The notes: generated by a model from the letters alone, not told the origin. Counted from the stretch's first letter, positions 38,212-52,047 are shown. The stretch: DNA of 64,000 bases from Eledone cirrhosa (GCA_964016885.1 OZ024741.1:54126001-54190000); one strand, 5' to 3'. Program-made: numbers and translations.

Positions 38212-40537
38212 GGTCGCACATGTGAGAAGACAGTACAAATCTGCGGTGGAAAAGATTCGTAACTTTAAGCTGTTTTAAAGTGTAATTTTTTGTATTTTCT
38301 TGTCGTTAACGAAACGTAAGGTACACATCTTGATTTAAAGAGAGGGATACCTCTCAATATTCGGGCTATAAGCCCGAATATTCAGATTTATTTTTAAAGA
38401 CTTCGAAAAAAATCGCTTTCCCACCAAAAAAGATTATGGAAATGTTCGACCTTGAAACGGTAAACAACGTTCAGGTCAAAAGTTTAAAGGCAGCCACTGT
38501 AGATTTCACCACGCTACGACGGCTACAGTCATGCCTGTCATCCACTCTACTGAATGTGAAGGCAAAACTCAACCTCCTGTGATAGCAGCAGTATCATCTG
38601 AAAACGACATCACCACCACCGCCACCACCACCACAACAACAGCAACTCAGAGCAATAACGACAATAATACCGACAGCAAGAATGACAACACCAACAATAA
38701 GAGCATCAGAAGCACCACATTTGCTGCAGCAGCAGCAAAAACAAAGCGCTTATTGAATATTGATATTGATATTAGCGATAAAGACGAACAGTTGGCCAAA
38801 GCGTGGAGGCTAATTAAACGGGAGAAGTCCTGGGCAAACCTGACCATCCCGGACGAGGCAATAGCGGCCATGCAGAGGAGGACGGTGTTCTTTCGATGCA
38901 TTTCGGTGCAGACACGAAAAGTGGAACTTGCCAGCCAAGCAGAGGACGAGGCTGCTTTGGAGTACATCGGAAGTAACATAGAGTACAAAGCAAGAGGCAA
39001 ACAGTTCGGTACCATCTCGGTACTGGTCAAAACCGAGGCCCTCGCTATTAAGCACTCGGTGACCCCCTGAAGAACGGAACGCATTATCATGCATCCGTCC
39101 TACATGGGTAAAAGGACAGTAAAGGTACGCATTCCCAGCATCCCACCAGGAATGAACATATGGTGGCTGCTGGGATGCGTAATCGAGGAGGGGACAGACA
39201 CTATCCTCCTGGATATCAAAAGGACAGAGAGAGAGGACTGGTCCGGAATGGATTTGGAGATTATTCTCCAAATGAAACCGGAGGACATGAACAACATCCC
39301 GGATTTTTCTCGCCTGCAGGACGGGACAACAATCCAACTAATCATTGACGGAAGAAGGCCACGCTGCTTCGTCTGCGGGGAAGCAACGCATCTGCAAGCC
39401 TTCTGCCCTCAGCGCAAAAATGCAGGGGGTCGCAAACCTCCTTTGTTGCCAACGCCAGTGTCAGCACGGAGAGCTCCACCACCACCACCAACAAAATCAC
39501 GGACACCGACATAAAAAAACAGCCGGATCACCACCAACACCAAAACCAATCCAAGGGGAAAACGAGGAAAGCTCTCCCACTCCCCTACCCCCCAATTATA
39601 CACATAGATAAAACAATAAACGCACACACAGACACAGAGACACTCACAGCCACAGACCCTTTGTCTTCCAGCAGCGAAGATGAAGGAAAACCCAAAAGTG
39701 TAAAAAAACAGATAAAACTCACAATAAAAAGCCCCAACAAAACACAAAAACATACACAACAAAAAATACAGACACCACTAACGCAAACACTTCCCCAATA
39801 ACATCATCACCAACAGCAACATCGACACCACCTTCACCATCCCCGAAAGGCAAACAACCTAAACAAACACAAGTACAAATAAACACACAAATACCTGAAA
39901 TTGCAGACGCCACACCTACAACAAACACAGACATACCCGAAACAACACCACCAAAACCATCACCACCACAGTCACCAAAACGAAAACAAATAAAACCACA
40001 CCAACAAAATGTTAAAAACTTCGTGCTTGTCAGAAGGGCCAACGATAAACTGATGGCCCTCTTAGCACGAAGCGAGGACATTCAAACAGAGGGGGAGATT
40101 TTTGAAATGAGCATATTTTGCGTGCCAGAAGATTTGCTTCTGGTCCTAATGTCACTCAATTCCTTCAAAGAAATTCGAGAGAGCTTTCCTCAAGTCGTGG
40201 GAACCCCGAATATGAAACCCACATCAAGACTTTTAAAGGGGTTCCCAAAAGAAACCCCACCAACCATGGAGGTCGAACCACCCGACCTTCACAAGACCCG
40301 GGAGGTAAGTAAACCTTCCCTCTCTCTCTAAGCTTACCAATATGGCCATATTAAGAGTAGGAAGTTTAAATGTTCGCGGCCTGGGGTCACCCTAGAAGCA
40401 GGGTCGCCTGCTCAACGTCCTGAGGTCGAATTTCCGACACGCGCGCACTAGCCCCCAATTTCAACGACTATCAGATCTTCGTATCTGTTAGCAGGCCGGG
40501 AATGGGGGGTGGGGTGGCAGTGCTGTTTAGGATCTGG
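38212..40537 (+). mobile_element. Decayed Tx1-like LINE copy D (5'UTR, ORF1, start of ORF2), 3'-truncated
   Basis: ORF pieces 38531..39070, 39089..39514 and 40023..40331 resemble copy B ORF1; CFVCGEATHLQAFC. Confidence 0.9.
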
Positions 40538-40564
40538 ATCACACACACAGACAGACACACACAC

Positions 40565-40607
<43 letters not shown>

Positions 40608-40614
40608 GGAAGAC

Positions 40615-40829
40615 GATCGACTTTTCGTCAAATCGGACCGAGGGAACAATGTTTCCGTTGGTCTTTCCAATTGCTAATACTATCTATCGGTCGCAACTCC
40701 AGGTAGAAGGAGCAACGTGAAATAAAGTGTCTTGCCCAAGGACATAACGCATCGCCTGGTTCAGGAATCGAACTCACAACCTTACGATTGCGAATCCAAT
40801 TCTCTAACCACTCAGCCACACGCCTTCAC
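40615..40829 (-). mobile_element. tRNA-derived SINE family 2
   Basis: Head tggctgagtggttag..gagttcgattcc followed by ccttgggcaagacactt; three copies in window. Confidence 0.88.
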
Positions 40830-40840
40830 CGTATATATAT

Positions 40841-41050
40841 AACGAAGAAAATGTGGTAAGGAACCAGATGGACCATAACGCAACAAAGTACTCAATACTT
40901 AGGGTAGTAGAGTGGGTGATAGGAACGAGTAGGACCCCGACGGCTGAGCTGAAGCCGTTTCGACGGCTAATTCTGGACTAAATAAATTTTTAGTCCAGAA
41001 TTAGCCGTCGAAACGGCTTCAGCTCAGCCGTCGGGGTCCCACTCGTTCCT
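40841..41050 (-). mobile_element. Family P fold-back element copy 3
   Basis: Homologous to copy 1, longer centre. Confidence 0.85.
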
Positions 41051-41067
41051 ATATATATATACATATA

Positions 41068-41140
<73 letters not shown>

Positions 41141-41145
41141 GTATA

Positions 41146-41238
<93 letters not shown>

Positions 41239-41239
41239 G

Positions 41240-41434
<195 letters not shown>

Positions 41435-41445
41435 ATATATGTATA

Positions 41446-41612
41446 TTTAAGTTCAAGAAGTCTTTGGATAAATTCCTTCAAGAAATCCCGGATAAGCCTC
41501 CTACACCCGGATATGCCTCCGTAAACAATAACTCTCTGCTCGAGTGGGCCATGGTGCCCAAACACAGATTTGTAAGACTTCGCCAGGTGGTGCTATTAAG
41601 TTAGACATGGCC
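41446..41612 (+). mobile_element. 3' end of a CR1-like LINE
   Basis: [21 protein letters not shown]...NNSL resembles CR1 ORF2 C-termini. Confidence 0.6.
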
Positions 41613-41817
41613 TGTGATGTTTGCTCTAATCGGAGTAGAGCAAACATCACGGGTGCTCTATCTCAAAATTATTTTTGAAAAGCATTAGAAATGCGCAACC
41701 GGTAAAAACTTAAAACTAAAACTGAATACTAACCAATACTTATTACTAATTTTTACTTATTCCCAATTAAACTATTTTTCACTGGGAACAATTTGTCGGC
41801 ATTTTCTTTTCCTTTTA

Positions 41818-41864
<47 letters not shown>

Positions 41865-41896
41865 ATAAACGTGCTGTGTGGTTGCTAATGGGGTAC

Positions 41897-41964
41897 ATAT
41901 GAATAAAGTTAGTCCTTCATCAGTGATTCGAAGATCACTGATGAAGGACTAACTTTATTCATAT
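41897..41964. repeat. Palindrome containing CTGATGAAGGAC (hammerhead 5' half)
   Basis: atatgaataaagttagtccttcatcagtgat..atcactgatgaaggactaactttattcatat. Confidence 0.85.
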
Positions 41965-42263
41965 ATATATATATGTATATATATGCTAACAAGAATCGAC
42001 CTCAATACCTCTTTGAAAACTAGTCCTGTAGAAGCTCCTTCTATAAAATAAAAAAATTTTACTCTGCCTTGTATTGAGTACCTTACTTACTGTGGTTATC
42101 CCCGACTCAACCCGGGACCTACGTATCCAAGCACACCCTAGTGCCCTTATAACCATCCTCAAGAAAATATGCTAACAAGAATCGACCTCAATACCTCCTT
42201 GACTAGTCCTGTAGAAGCTCCTTCTATAAAATAAAATAAAAATATATATATATATATATATAT

Positions 42264-42303
<40 letters not shown>

Positions 42304-42466
42304 TAGAATTGGAGCTCTGAAATAGCAATATATATATGGATGTATATATAATGTATTTTGCAATACACTTTATGCTTAATTAAAAGCATTTTGAAGACCG
42401 TAAGCTATTGTTTTTTTAGAGTATTGACAAATTCACTTACTTTGATCTCAGCAAACAGGGGAGATA

Positions 42467-42511
42467 AGCCGACAAGGCCTTGTTTCGCTTTTGTTGAAGC
42501 TTATCAAGGCT
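42467..42511 (-). ncRNA. Hammerhead ribozyme, U3-A8 variant (second copy 42788-42832)
   Basis: agcc TTGATAA gctt caacaa aagc GAAA caaggcctt GTC ggct. Confidence 0.78.
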
Positions 42512-43046
42512 AACTACTCCCACCTGTCTACCGAGATCACTGATGTTATATTCTTATAGAATTCTAGTAAATAATCAGGAGCTGATTATGCAGAGCGGTT
42601 GATGGTCAGGCAGAAATTAAAATTTAGAATTGGAGCTCTGAAATAGCAATATATATATGGATGTATATATAATGTATTTTGCAATACACTTTATGCTTAA
42701 TTAAAAGCATTTTGAAGACCGTAAGCTATTGTTTTTTTAGAGTAGTGACAAATTCACTTACTTTGATCTCAGCAAACAGGGGAGATAAGCCGACAAGGCC
42801 TTGTTTCGCTTTTGTTGAAGCTTATCAAAGCTAACTACTCCCACCTGTCTACCGAGATCACTGATGTTATATTCTTATAGAATTCTAGTAAATAATCAGG
42901 AGCTGATTATGCAGAGCGGTTGTTGGTGAGGCAGAAATTAAAAATTAGAATTGGAGCTCTGAAATAGCATAATCAGCTCCTGATTATTTACTAGAATTCT
43001 ATAAGAATATAACATCAGTGATCTCGGTAGACAGGTGGGAGTAGTT

Positions 43047-43091
43047 AGCCTTGATAAGCTTCAACAAAAGCGAAACAAGGCCTTGTCGGCT
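43047..43091 (+). ncRNA. Hammerhead ribozyme, U3-A8 variant (inverted copy)
   Basis: Same motif on plus strand; stem I extendable by gggag/ctccc. Confidence 0.78.
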
Positions 43092-43206
43092 TATCTCCCC
43101 TGTTTGCTGAGATCAAAGTAAGTGAATTTGTCACTACTCTAAAAAACAATAGCTTACGGTCTTCAAAATGGTTTTAATTAAGCATAAAGTGTATTGCAAA
43201 ATACAT

Positions 43207-43360
<154 letters not shown>

Positions 43361-43418
43361 CATATATATACATATATATATATATATATACATATATACA
43401 CATATATATATACACACA

Positions 43419-43500
<82 letters not shown>

Positions 43501-44127
43501 GGCGCATGGCTTAGTGGTTAGAGCATTGGGCTCATTATAAAATAATAATTATTATTTCATTATTTATTATGAAGTCGAAGCAATAACGATATCAGATACA
43601 ATGAAAATACGTATAGCAACTTTTACATAATAAATAGAACTTACTGAAGTATAATCTTATTGCTTTCTACTTCATTATATTTTTATATATTGTTTTTTTT
43701 TAATGTTTGCATATTTATTTAGACTCTCCACTCCCATAACTTTATTTCCAAAAGATTATTAAATCTGAGAAAAAAAGACAAAAGCACAAAATCAAGCAAT
43801 GAGAAAATAGGATAGGTGTAAGGAAGGGCTGATCTGACTGTATGGGAAAGTAAAGGAAAGTATTATGAAAGCCATAAATGAGAGGAAAACGATGGGAAAT
43901 TCAAGGACTCTGAGGCCACAGAAGACAGGGAGACGAAGGTGATGGGCTCGGGGCATACGAGCTGGTGGTGTTGGGGCTGCAACCCGCAGACAGAACTTCA
44001 AAATTATTTCCGCGGTCAATGGCCAGCGACACCCGCTGCAGCACCAACCCCACCTCGCGTGGCTCCTTCCTCAGGCAAGCTTCATTATCATACCAATACT
44101 CAAAACAGAAATCATTATTGCACCAAA

Positions 44128-44720
44128 GGGCGGTGGATTGGCAGTATTGGTAGAGGGTCGGACGCCATGCTTTGACGCATAGAGTTACAGCCCTTGCCAT
44201 TCTGAGTTCAAATCCCGCCGAGGTTAACTTTGCCTTTCATCCTTACGGGGTCGATAAAATAAAGTACCAGTAATACGCTAGGTAATTGCTGGCCTTGTGC
44301 CAAAAGTAGAAACAATTATTACACCAATGTGGTGAATTGGTAGTATCGGTAAAGGGTTGGACGCCATGCTTTGTAGCATAGTTACGTCCCTTTACGATCT
44401 GAGTTCAAATCCCGTCGCGGTTAACTTTGCCTTTCATCCTTACTGAGTCGATAAAATAAAGTACCAGTAATGCACTGGATAATTGCTGACCTTGTGCCAA
44501 AAGCAGAAACAATTATTACAGCAATACAGGCAGTGATTGGCAGCATCGGTGGAGTGTCAGGTACCATGCTTTGCAGCATAGTGTTCCGGGCCTTTACGTT
44601 GAGTTCACATCCCGCTGAAATCAACTTTGCCTTTCATCCTTACAGTGTCGATAAAATAAAACACCAGTAATGCGTTAGGGTATTTGCTGGCCTGGTGCCA
44701 ATAGTAGAAACAATTATTAT
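44128..44720 (+). mobile_element. Three head-to-tail SINE family 1 copies
   Basis: Units at ~44128, ~44328 and ~44528, each ending agaaacaattatt. Confidence 0.92.
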
Positions 44721-44898
44721 GCCAATATCCAAATATACACAGACCTACCCGATGCTATATGATAGGAAGAAGGATATATCGACGATTAATCCTTAATCCT
44801 GGTTACACCAGTGAATATTGATCAATGTTGGCGACTGAAAATCTAATCACTGGCTGATTAACACGACATAATCACAATATATATATATATATATATAT

Positions 44899-45098
44899 AA
44901 CGAAAGAGATGTGGTAAGGAACCAGGTGGACCATAACGCACCAAAGTACTCAATACTTAGGGTAGTATAGTGGGTAATAGGAACGAGTAGGACCCCGACG
45001 GCTGAGCTCAAGCCGTTTCGACGGCTAATTCTGGATTTAGTCCAGAATTAGCCCTCGAAACGGCTTGAGCTCAGCCGTCGGTGTCCTACTCGTTCCTA
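44899..45098 (-). mobile_element. Family P fold-back element copy 4
   Basis: Homologous to copy 1. Confidence 0.85.
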
Positions 45099-45109
45099 TA
45101 TATATATAT

Positions 45110-45182
<73 letters not shown>

Positions 45183-45187
<5 letters not shown>

Positions 45188-45305
45188 GTTTCTATTATTG
45201 GCACAAGGCCAGCAATGATCCAGTGTATTACTGGTACTTTATTTTATCGATCCCGTAAGGATGAAAGGCTAAGTTAACCTCGGTGGGATTTGAACTCAGA
45301 ATGGC
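45183..45305 (-). mobile_element. SINE family 1, 5'-truncated
   Basis: Reverse complement of body and tail. Confidence 0.85.
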
Positions 45306-45392
45306 AAGAATGAAATCTACATGGCTAAATTTGGTTATTCTCACTCAACTTATGTATTGAATACTTTATTTATTGTGGTTACCCCGATGTCA

Positions 45393-45440
<48 letters not shown>

Positions 45441-45544
45441 GACCAAAAGTTAAACAAGGTTCATTGATTAATCAATGAATATAGTTTTACGATAGATTAG
45501 AAGCACTCAACGAAAATGTTTTCTGGAGTTATTAATATTAATTC

Positions 45545-45850
45545 AAAATTTTAATAAATATAGACATTCATGTGATCAAATATATTTTGTTATATATATT
45601 TCAGAGGTACTGTGCTGTTCCCTCAGTACGTCCTCATCAGATGAAATAAAATTGATATCTGACATACCTCAACCGTGCTGATGGTTAAATTCTGCCAAGA
45701 CTGGAATTTAACCATCAGCACAGTTGAGGTATGTCAGACATCAATTTTATTTTATCTGATGAGGACGTACTGAGGGAACAGCACAGTACCTCTGAAATAT
45801 ATATAACAAAATATATTTGATCACATGAATGTCTATATTTATTAATATTC
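45545..45850. repeat. Long palindrome (~145-bp arms); each arm has a hammerhead-like CTGATGA-stem-GAAA
   Basis: CTGATGA ggacgtactg..cagtacctct GAAA tatata at ~45756-45803 and its mirror. Confidence 0.88.
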
Positions 45851-46057
45851 TGAATTAATATATGGGATTGAGAGAGAGCCAGCAGGCGCGTATACGATGT
45901 ATGGGGGGGGGGGGAGAATAGTAGGAAGCAGGAAAGTTATTTTATAAAATCCTAGAATTTCGACTATAATTAAACGAGCGAGGAGGTTATTTTATAAAAA
46001 TAAAAATAGAATAAAATAGAATAAAAATCGAGAGAAGGTTATAAAATAAAATCCACC

Positions 46058-47975
46058 CGGATAGTAAACCAAGTGATACAGAATGGGGTCGTACCAAAGG
46101 ACTGGCGTAGCAGCATCATCATTAACTGCTACAAGGGGAAAGGAGATGCCCTAGATAGGAGAAACTATAGAGGCATTAAATTAATTGACCAGGTCATGAA
46201 GGTCACAGAAAAAATAATAGCGCAACTAATCAGAGAGCGAATTGATCTAGATGAAATACAGTTCGGGTTTGTGTCAGGTAAAAGTACCACAGACGCTCTT
46301 TTCATTGTACGACAACTACAGGAGAAGTACCTAGCTAAATGTAAACCCCTATACCTAGCTTTCGTTGACTTGGAGAAAGCCTTTGACAGAGTCCCACGCC
46401 CCATTATCTGGTGGGCTCTCAGAAAACTAGGTGTTGATGAATGGCTTGTGAGAGCTATACAAGCCATGTATAAAGAAACAGTCAGCAAGATTAGAGTTAA
46501 GAACGAATATAGTGAAGAGTTTAGCGTAAAAGTTGGTGTTCATCAGGGCTCCGTCCTTAGCCCCCTCCTATTTATTATCGCCCTCCAAGCTATAACGGAG
46601 GAGTTCAAGACCGGCTGACTTCTATACGCAAATGATCTAACGCTCATAGCCGAATCAATGGCTGAACTAGAGAAGAAATTCCAAACATGGAAGCATGGCC
46701 TAGAATCAAAAGGCCTTAAAATTAACTTGTCTAAGACTAAAGTTCTAATATGTAGGAAGGAGAATAGGGCACTGGTCCCATCTGGGAAATGGCCATGCTC
46801 AGTGTGTAGGAAAGGAGTAGGCAGAAACTCCATTTTATGTCCCAAATGCAAAGTATGGATGCATAAAAGATGTAGTGGGATCACAGGTAAGCTAACTAAG
46901 AATATAGATTTTATATGTGGCCGGTGCTCTGGTGCAATAAGTAGCAGCAAATGCCCACAGAATACTAGCTCATTCCATTGCCCAGATGGTTCTATAGAAA
47001 TAGTGGACACCTTCCGTTACCTGGGTGACAAAATATGCAGTGGTGGAGGGTGCTCCTAAAGTACTGTAGCTAGAGTCACAACGGGATGGATAAAGTTCAG
47101 AGAGCTTATACCACTATTGGCCGCTAAGAGTTTCTCTCTAAAAATGAAGGGCAGGCTGTATGATGCCTGCATACGAACAGCGATGTTACATGGAAGTGAG
47201 ACCTGGGCCTTGTGTGCAGAGAATCTACGCAGACTGGAGAGGAACGAAGCTTGCATGCTCCGTTGGATGTTTAATAGTAATATACGCGAACGGCAAAGCA
47301 TAAGTGAACTAAGTGAGAAATTAGGAATAAGAGGGATCAGATGCTGTTTACTCGAGAGAAGACTACGTTGGTATGGTCACGTGATGCTCATGAAAGACGA
47401 CAGCTCTGTAAAAAAAAGTGCAGGGCGATCAAAATAGACGGTAGCTACGCAGTAGGCAGACCCAGAAAAACCTGGGACGACTTGATAAATTCCGACCTCA
47501 CACAATTACACCTCTCCAAGACAATGTCACTGGACGGAGATCTTTGGCACTACGCATTAATACAGAAGACCCGCCTTGCCTAAGTACAAAGCGAAACCTA
47601 CAATCAGAAGGTACCTCTTAACCAAAATACACTCCCGTCCCACTACCCCTACCCCACCGCCATCTACACGACCCTTTTCGATGTAAAGCTATGTTGGTAC
47701 CACAACATCCAGTCCTAAATAAATGAGGTCGTCTAGGTGTCACGCAAAAAAACACACAGTCCACGCTGTAATGTCGCCGTGTAGGTAACACGGTAAAAAC
47801 CTCCCAGTCCACACTGCAAACGTGGTTGGTGTTAGGAAGGGCATCCAGCCGTAGAAAACCCGCCAGACAGTCCCGAGCAAGACAACCAATCTTGCCTCAA
47901 GTGGGACAATTCCCGTCCAGACCCATGCTAGCGTGGAAGATGGACGTTAAACGATGATGATGATGATGATGATGA
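46058..47975 (+). mobile_element. 5'-truncated RTE-type LINE: RT with embedded PHD-like finger, stops/frameshift, (GAT)n tail
   Basis: KGKGDA..NYRGI, QFGF, FVDLEKAFDRV, GVHQGSVLSP; CSVC..CPKC..H..C..CGRC; RLRWYGHV; GRPRKTW. Confidence 0.9.
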
Positions 47976-48126
47976 TATATATATATATATATATACAGAG
48001 ATATCCACGGTAAGTTGTGGGGTCTAGTCTGCATGAAGAACTCAATGTAATCCATATGTTGAAAATGTTGTAGGTTAAAGTAAATCCCGGAAAACAATAA
48101 AACATTAAAAGGAAAACAGAGTCATG

Positions 48127-48222
48127 ATATAAGTTAAAACAATGAAATAAAAAATCAAGTCATTAGAAAGTGAAGTATATTTCTAATGACTTGATTTTTT
48201 ATTTCATTGTTTTAACTTATAT
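48127..48222. repeat. Palindrome, ~43-bp arms
   Basis: atataagttaaaac...tagaaa / tttcta...gttttaacttatat. Confidence 0.88.
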
Positions 48223-48298
48223 ATATATAGAAGTAGTTCCACAACAGTTAGTTCACCATACCGAAAACAAATGTTTCACCTTATGCATATATATATAC

Positions 48299-48355
<57 letters not shown>

Positions 48356-48522
48356 CTTGTGTGTGTGCGCGCGTGTGTGTGTGTGCGTGTGTGCGCGCGT
48401 GTGCGTGTGTGCGTGTGTGCATGTGTGTGTGTGTGTGTGTGCGCGCGCTTGTGTGTGTGTGCGCGCGTGTGTGTGTGTGCGTGTGTGCATGTGTGTGTGT
48501 GTGTGTGTATGTGTACATATAA

Positions 48523-48910
48523 TCAGAGGCTGAGGTCACAAGAGCAGTTAAAGAGCTCAAATGTGGCAAGGCCACAGGGGAAGATGAAATCCGCCCCGTG
48601 ATTTCAGAAGCTTTAAATAGAGAAGGTATTCTCTAGTTGACTCATGTGTGGCGGGTTGACTGGATCTCTGGAAACACCTAAGTAATGCCAATCAATAGTA
48701 ATAATCCCAAACTTCAGAAAGGGAGACAAGAGAGATTGTTCCAATTACAGAGATATCTCCTTTTTAAGCCTCCCCTATAAAAACTATGCTAAGTGTCTGG
48801 CAAAGAGATGCAGGGAGATTGTAGCATCCATACTAGCTGATGAACAGTTTGGTTTTCGCCCCATCCGCAGCACAGCCAACCAATTATTCACACGGCTGCA
48901 GGTCTTCGAG
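48523..48910 (+). mobile_element. Decayed RT fragment of a second RTE-type LINE
   Basis: Manual translation [20 protein letters not shown]...KGDKRDCSNYRDISLLS...EQFGFRP. Confidence 0.8.
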
Positions 48911-49349
48911 TGGCATCACACTGCAGATTGAGCTAACCTCACTCATTGAATGGTAGATGAAAATGATATGAAATTCAATCCATCATGATTTAAGGTTCTT
49001 CATTACACAAGCGATATACGCAATCCACATTATTTGATCATTTATTATTTGATATATTATTTGAGATACGCAATCCACATTATAAGATACATTTTCAGTA
49101 AGATATCTCCTAACTGACCTCTAAATGCAGAAACCTCATACGATGGAAACTACGATGTTTGTTAACAAGAGAACCAGTAATTATACAGATTCTATGGAAA
49201 ACTTTAAGGATAAGGATAAAGATTCCATAACTCCTTGTGGAGTCGTAGAGACACCGTAATACGGCGTGTCTAGGGCATATTTAAACCTAGCGGAGTCCAA
49301 CCCCCTCCAGGTCTGAACACATCCGATTTTATTTATAGATGAAGAATCG

Positions 49350-49510
49350 ACCCCCAGTACTGGACTTGTACTTTTTTTTATTGACCTCGAAATGATGAAA
49401 GGCAAAGTTGACCATGGCGTGATTTGAACTCAGAGCTTGCAATGAAATGGGACGAACAGCGTTATGTATTCTATCCGACGTCTTAACGAGTCTCCCAATT
49501 CGTCACCTTT
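49350..49510 (-). mobile_element. Family 1-related SINE
   Basis: Similar to 24189-24338. Confidence 0.75.
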
Positions 49511-49524
49511 AGTGCTGCATAAAT

Positions 49525-49720
49525 AAGAATACTGTGCACAGCTTTGGTCTACAAATACACTCGCACTCATAGATGAAATTGGAGTGGTACAGAGAACGTT
49601 TGTTCATAAAGTATCTCCGTTCGACTTTCATAATTACAAGGAACATCTGAATGCTCCGCCTCTCTACTATCTTCAACTGCTATATATATGTATCGAAGAT
49701 CCTAGAGGTTCATATTTGAA
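49525..49720 (+). mobile_element. Very decayed CR1-like RT C-terminal remnant
   Basis: EYCAQLWS...EIGVVQRTF pattern. Confidence 0.45.
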
Positions 49721-50164
49721 ACATCGCCAACAAGGGAAGTTTTAATGCACGAACTGATAGTTACTACTAGCTTCCAAATATGCCATCTTCGAGATCGCGA
49801 GCAATACCAGTCCGATAATTTGTGCTACTGACGACAGTATATATTTCGTTTGGGGTAGTGTTTCTCAACTAGTTTAAAAATGATCTAGCTATTGGGGTTA
49901 AAATGAGGGTTGCACCAGTATATGTGACTTCATCCGTTTTGGTTTAGGTTCGCGATGGGTTGTTGATGTAAGTAATTTTTTCTTTAAAACCTCTTCGTTG
50001 CAGTAGTGAGCCTAAACATGTTCTCGTTGGACGAGTGATCATTAGAGAGATATTTTGGGCTAAGATTTTTTTATGCTACTAAGTTGGTTGCAGTTGATGC
50101 TAATATATTTTAGGGGCACGTTTGGTTTGTGGAAGGGATAGTAGAGAAAGCTAGATAAGTTCAA

Positions 50165-50338
50165 AATAATTGTTTCTTCTTTTGCACAAGGCCAGCTATT
50201 ACCCCAGTGTATTATTGGTACTTTATTTTATCGACCCCGTAAGGATGAAAGGCAAAGTTAACCTCGGCGGGATTTGAACTCAGACTGGCAAGGGCCGTAA
50301 CTCAATGCGTCAAAGCATGGCGTCCGACCCTCTACCGA
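50165..50338 (-). mobile_element. SINE family 1
   Basis: Reverse complement of the 44128-type copy. Confidence 0.88.
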
Positions 50339-51057
50339 GAAAGTATACTCACGTGAGATGATAGGAATGATTTTTTGAGGTCTTTGGTTATAAAAATATG
50401 AGTGGAAAGGGCTGTGAGAATATACAATCATCGTGATAAACGTCAGCACCCATTTCTGTAAACAGTGTTTTTAATTCGTTCCGTATATAGGGATGGGCTA
50501 GATCTCTGATCTCCGGCTTGTCACTCGCACCTGTATATATATATGTATGCATATATATATATATGTGTATATATATATATATATATGTGCGAGTGTGTGT
50601 GTGTGTAGCTGCATGTGTATCTATGCATGCATGAATATATTTATGTTTAAATACAGTAGATAGCGTAGGGTTGATTTAGTGCGAAAGTATATGAGAACGA
50701 TTAAAAGGGAGAAACAGACAGTAATAAAAGCCATAAGAATTAAATACTAATTTGAACAAGCAGGTTTCAATGTAAGTTTCCCATGAATGCAGACAGAATG
50801 TCAGCAATAGAAAATGGGAAAGTGTTCTATCTATTGTTGTTCGATAAATTTACCAACTTGAAGAATCAGAAGTGTTCGACATTATATTTATGCTGGCGGA
50901 AGTGCTGTATGTGTCTCAGAACATTGAAAATATAATTTGGTGAGAGAAATCTGAAAGAACTTTTCAATATCATAGAAACTGTATATACAGCAAATTAATA
51001 ATATATATACACAGACACACACACGCACACACAAATTACACAAATATATATGTGTAC

Positions 51058-51127
<70 letters not shown>

Positions 51128-52008
51128 ACGTGTGTATATATATATATATATATATATATTCATGCATTTTATAGATATTGTGTGAACAATATATGAATGA
51201 ATACCTAAAAAAAAAACGTTATTACTCGAAACACTATATTCGCCTTCGATAACTACCCTAAATATACATACACGTACACTACAGATATATACACGACATA
51301 CATATATAAAACAAACGTAAGCATTCATCGAATGACTTATGTGTAAACAACGCAATCGCAAAACAAAGCTAATAATAAACAAACCAAGACCTTGGATTCC
51401 AAACACATAATAATTACATTCGTAAAAATCGAATCAATCATGAAATAAATGTTAATATTAAGGCTAAGACACCCGCCAAAATTCCATACCTCAGACATCA
51501 TCCATATATCCTAACCCTAACCCGCTCTAAATATGAGTACGAGGGAGATGAACTTTTTCAAGCCGTAATTGTCAGATTACGCAGTTTCTTATAAGAATAG
51601 ATATTAAATATCCATTATTACCTGCAGCAACTACAACCCCATTATGTAATAGGCCGAGCTCCACCCTCTCCCATATGTCCATGACATTAAACCCTTAAGC
51701 AATGATGCTGTGATGGGGAGGCCCAGGTTTTAAATATATATATTATACATACTCGAATGAAAAACATAATTAAAATTAAATAAAATACTCAGCTATTAAA
51801 GACAAAAGGAGCGAAACGACCAAAGACGAAGAGTACAAGAAGTCTAGTTCCTATCCATATACTATAAACCACAATAAGAATAAGGAAAATGTAATAACCC
51901 CACGATGGAATAGCGTCTTGTCCAGGAGGAATCATGTACCCTCAGGCACTTCACGCCACAGAAACTGTGATAAGCACCTGCCTGATGAGCCTCCGGGCTT
52001 GAGACAGA

Positions 52009-52047
<39 letters not shown>

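Noticed and set aside
40755-40829. tRNA gene
   Set aside because: A/B boxes belong to a multi-copy SINE head; no complete cloverleaf or terminator
51895-52010. CTGATGA near GAAAC as a hammerhead
   Set aside because: Order and stems do not fit; looks like an old SINE tail fragment
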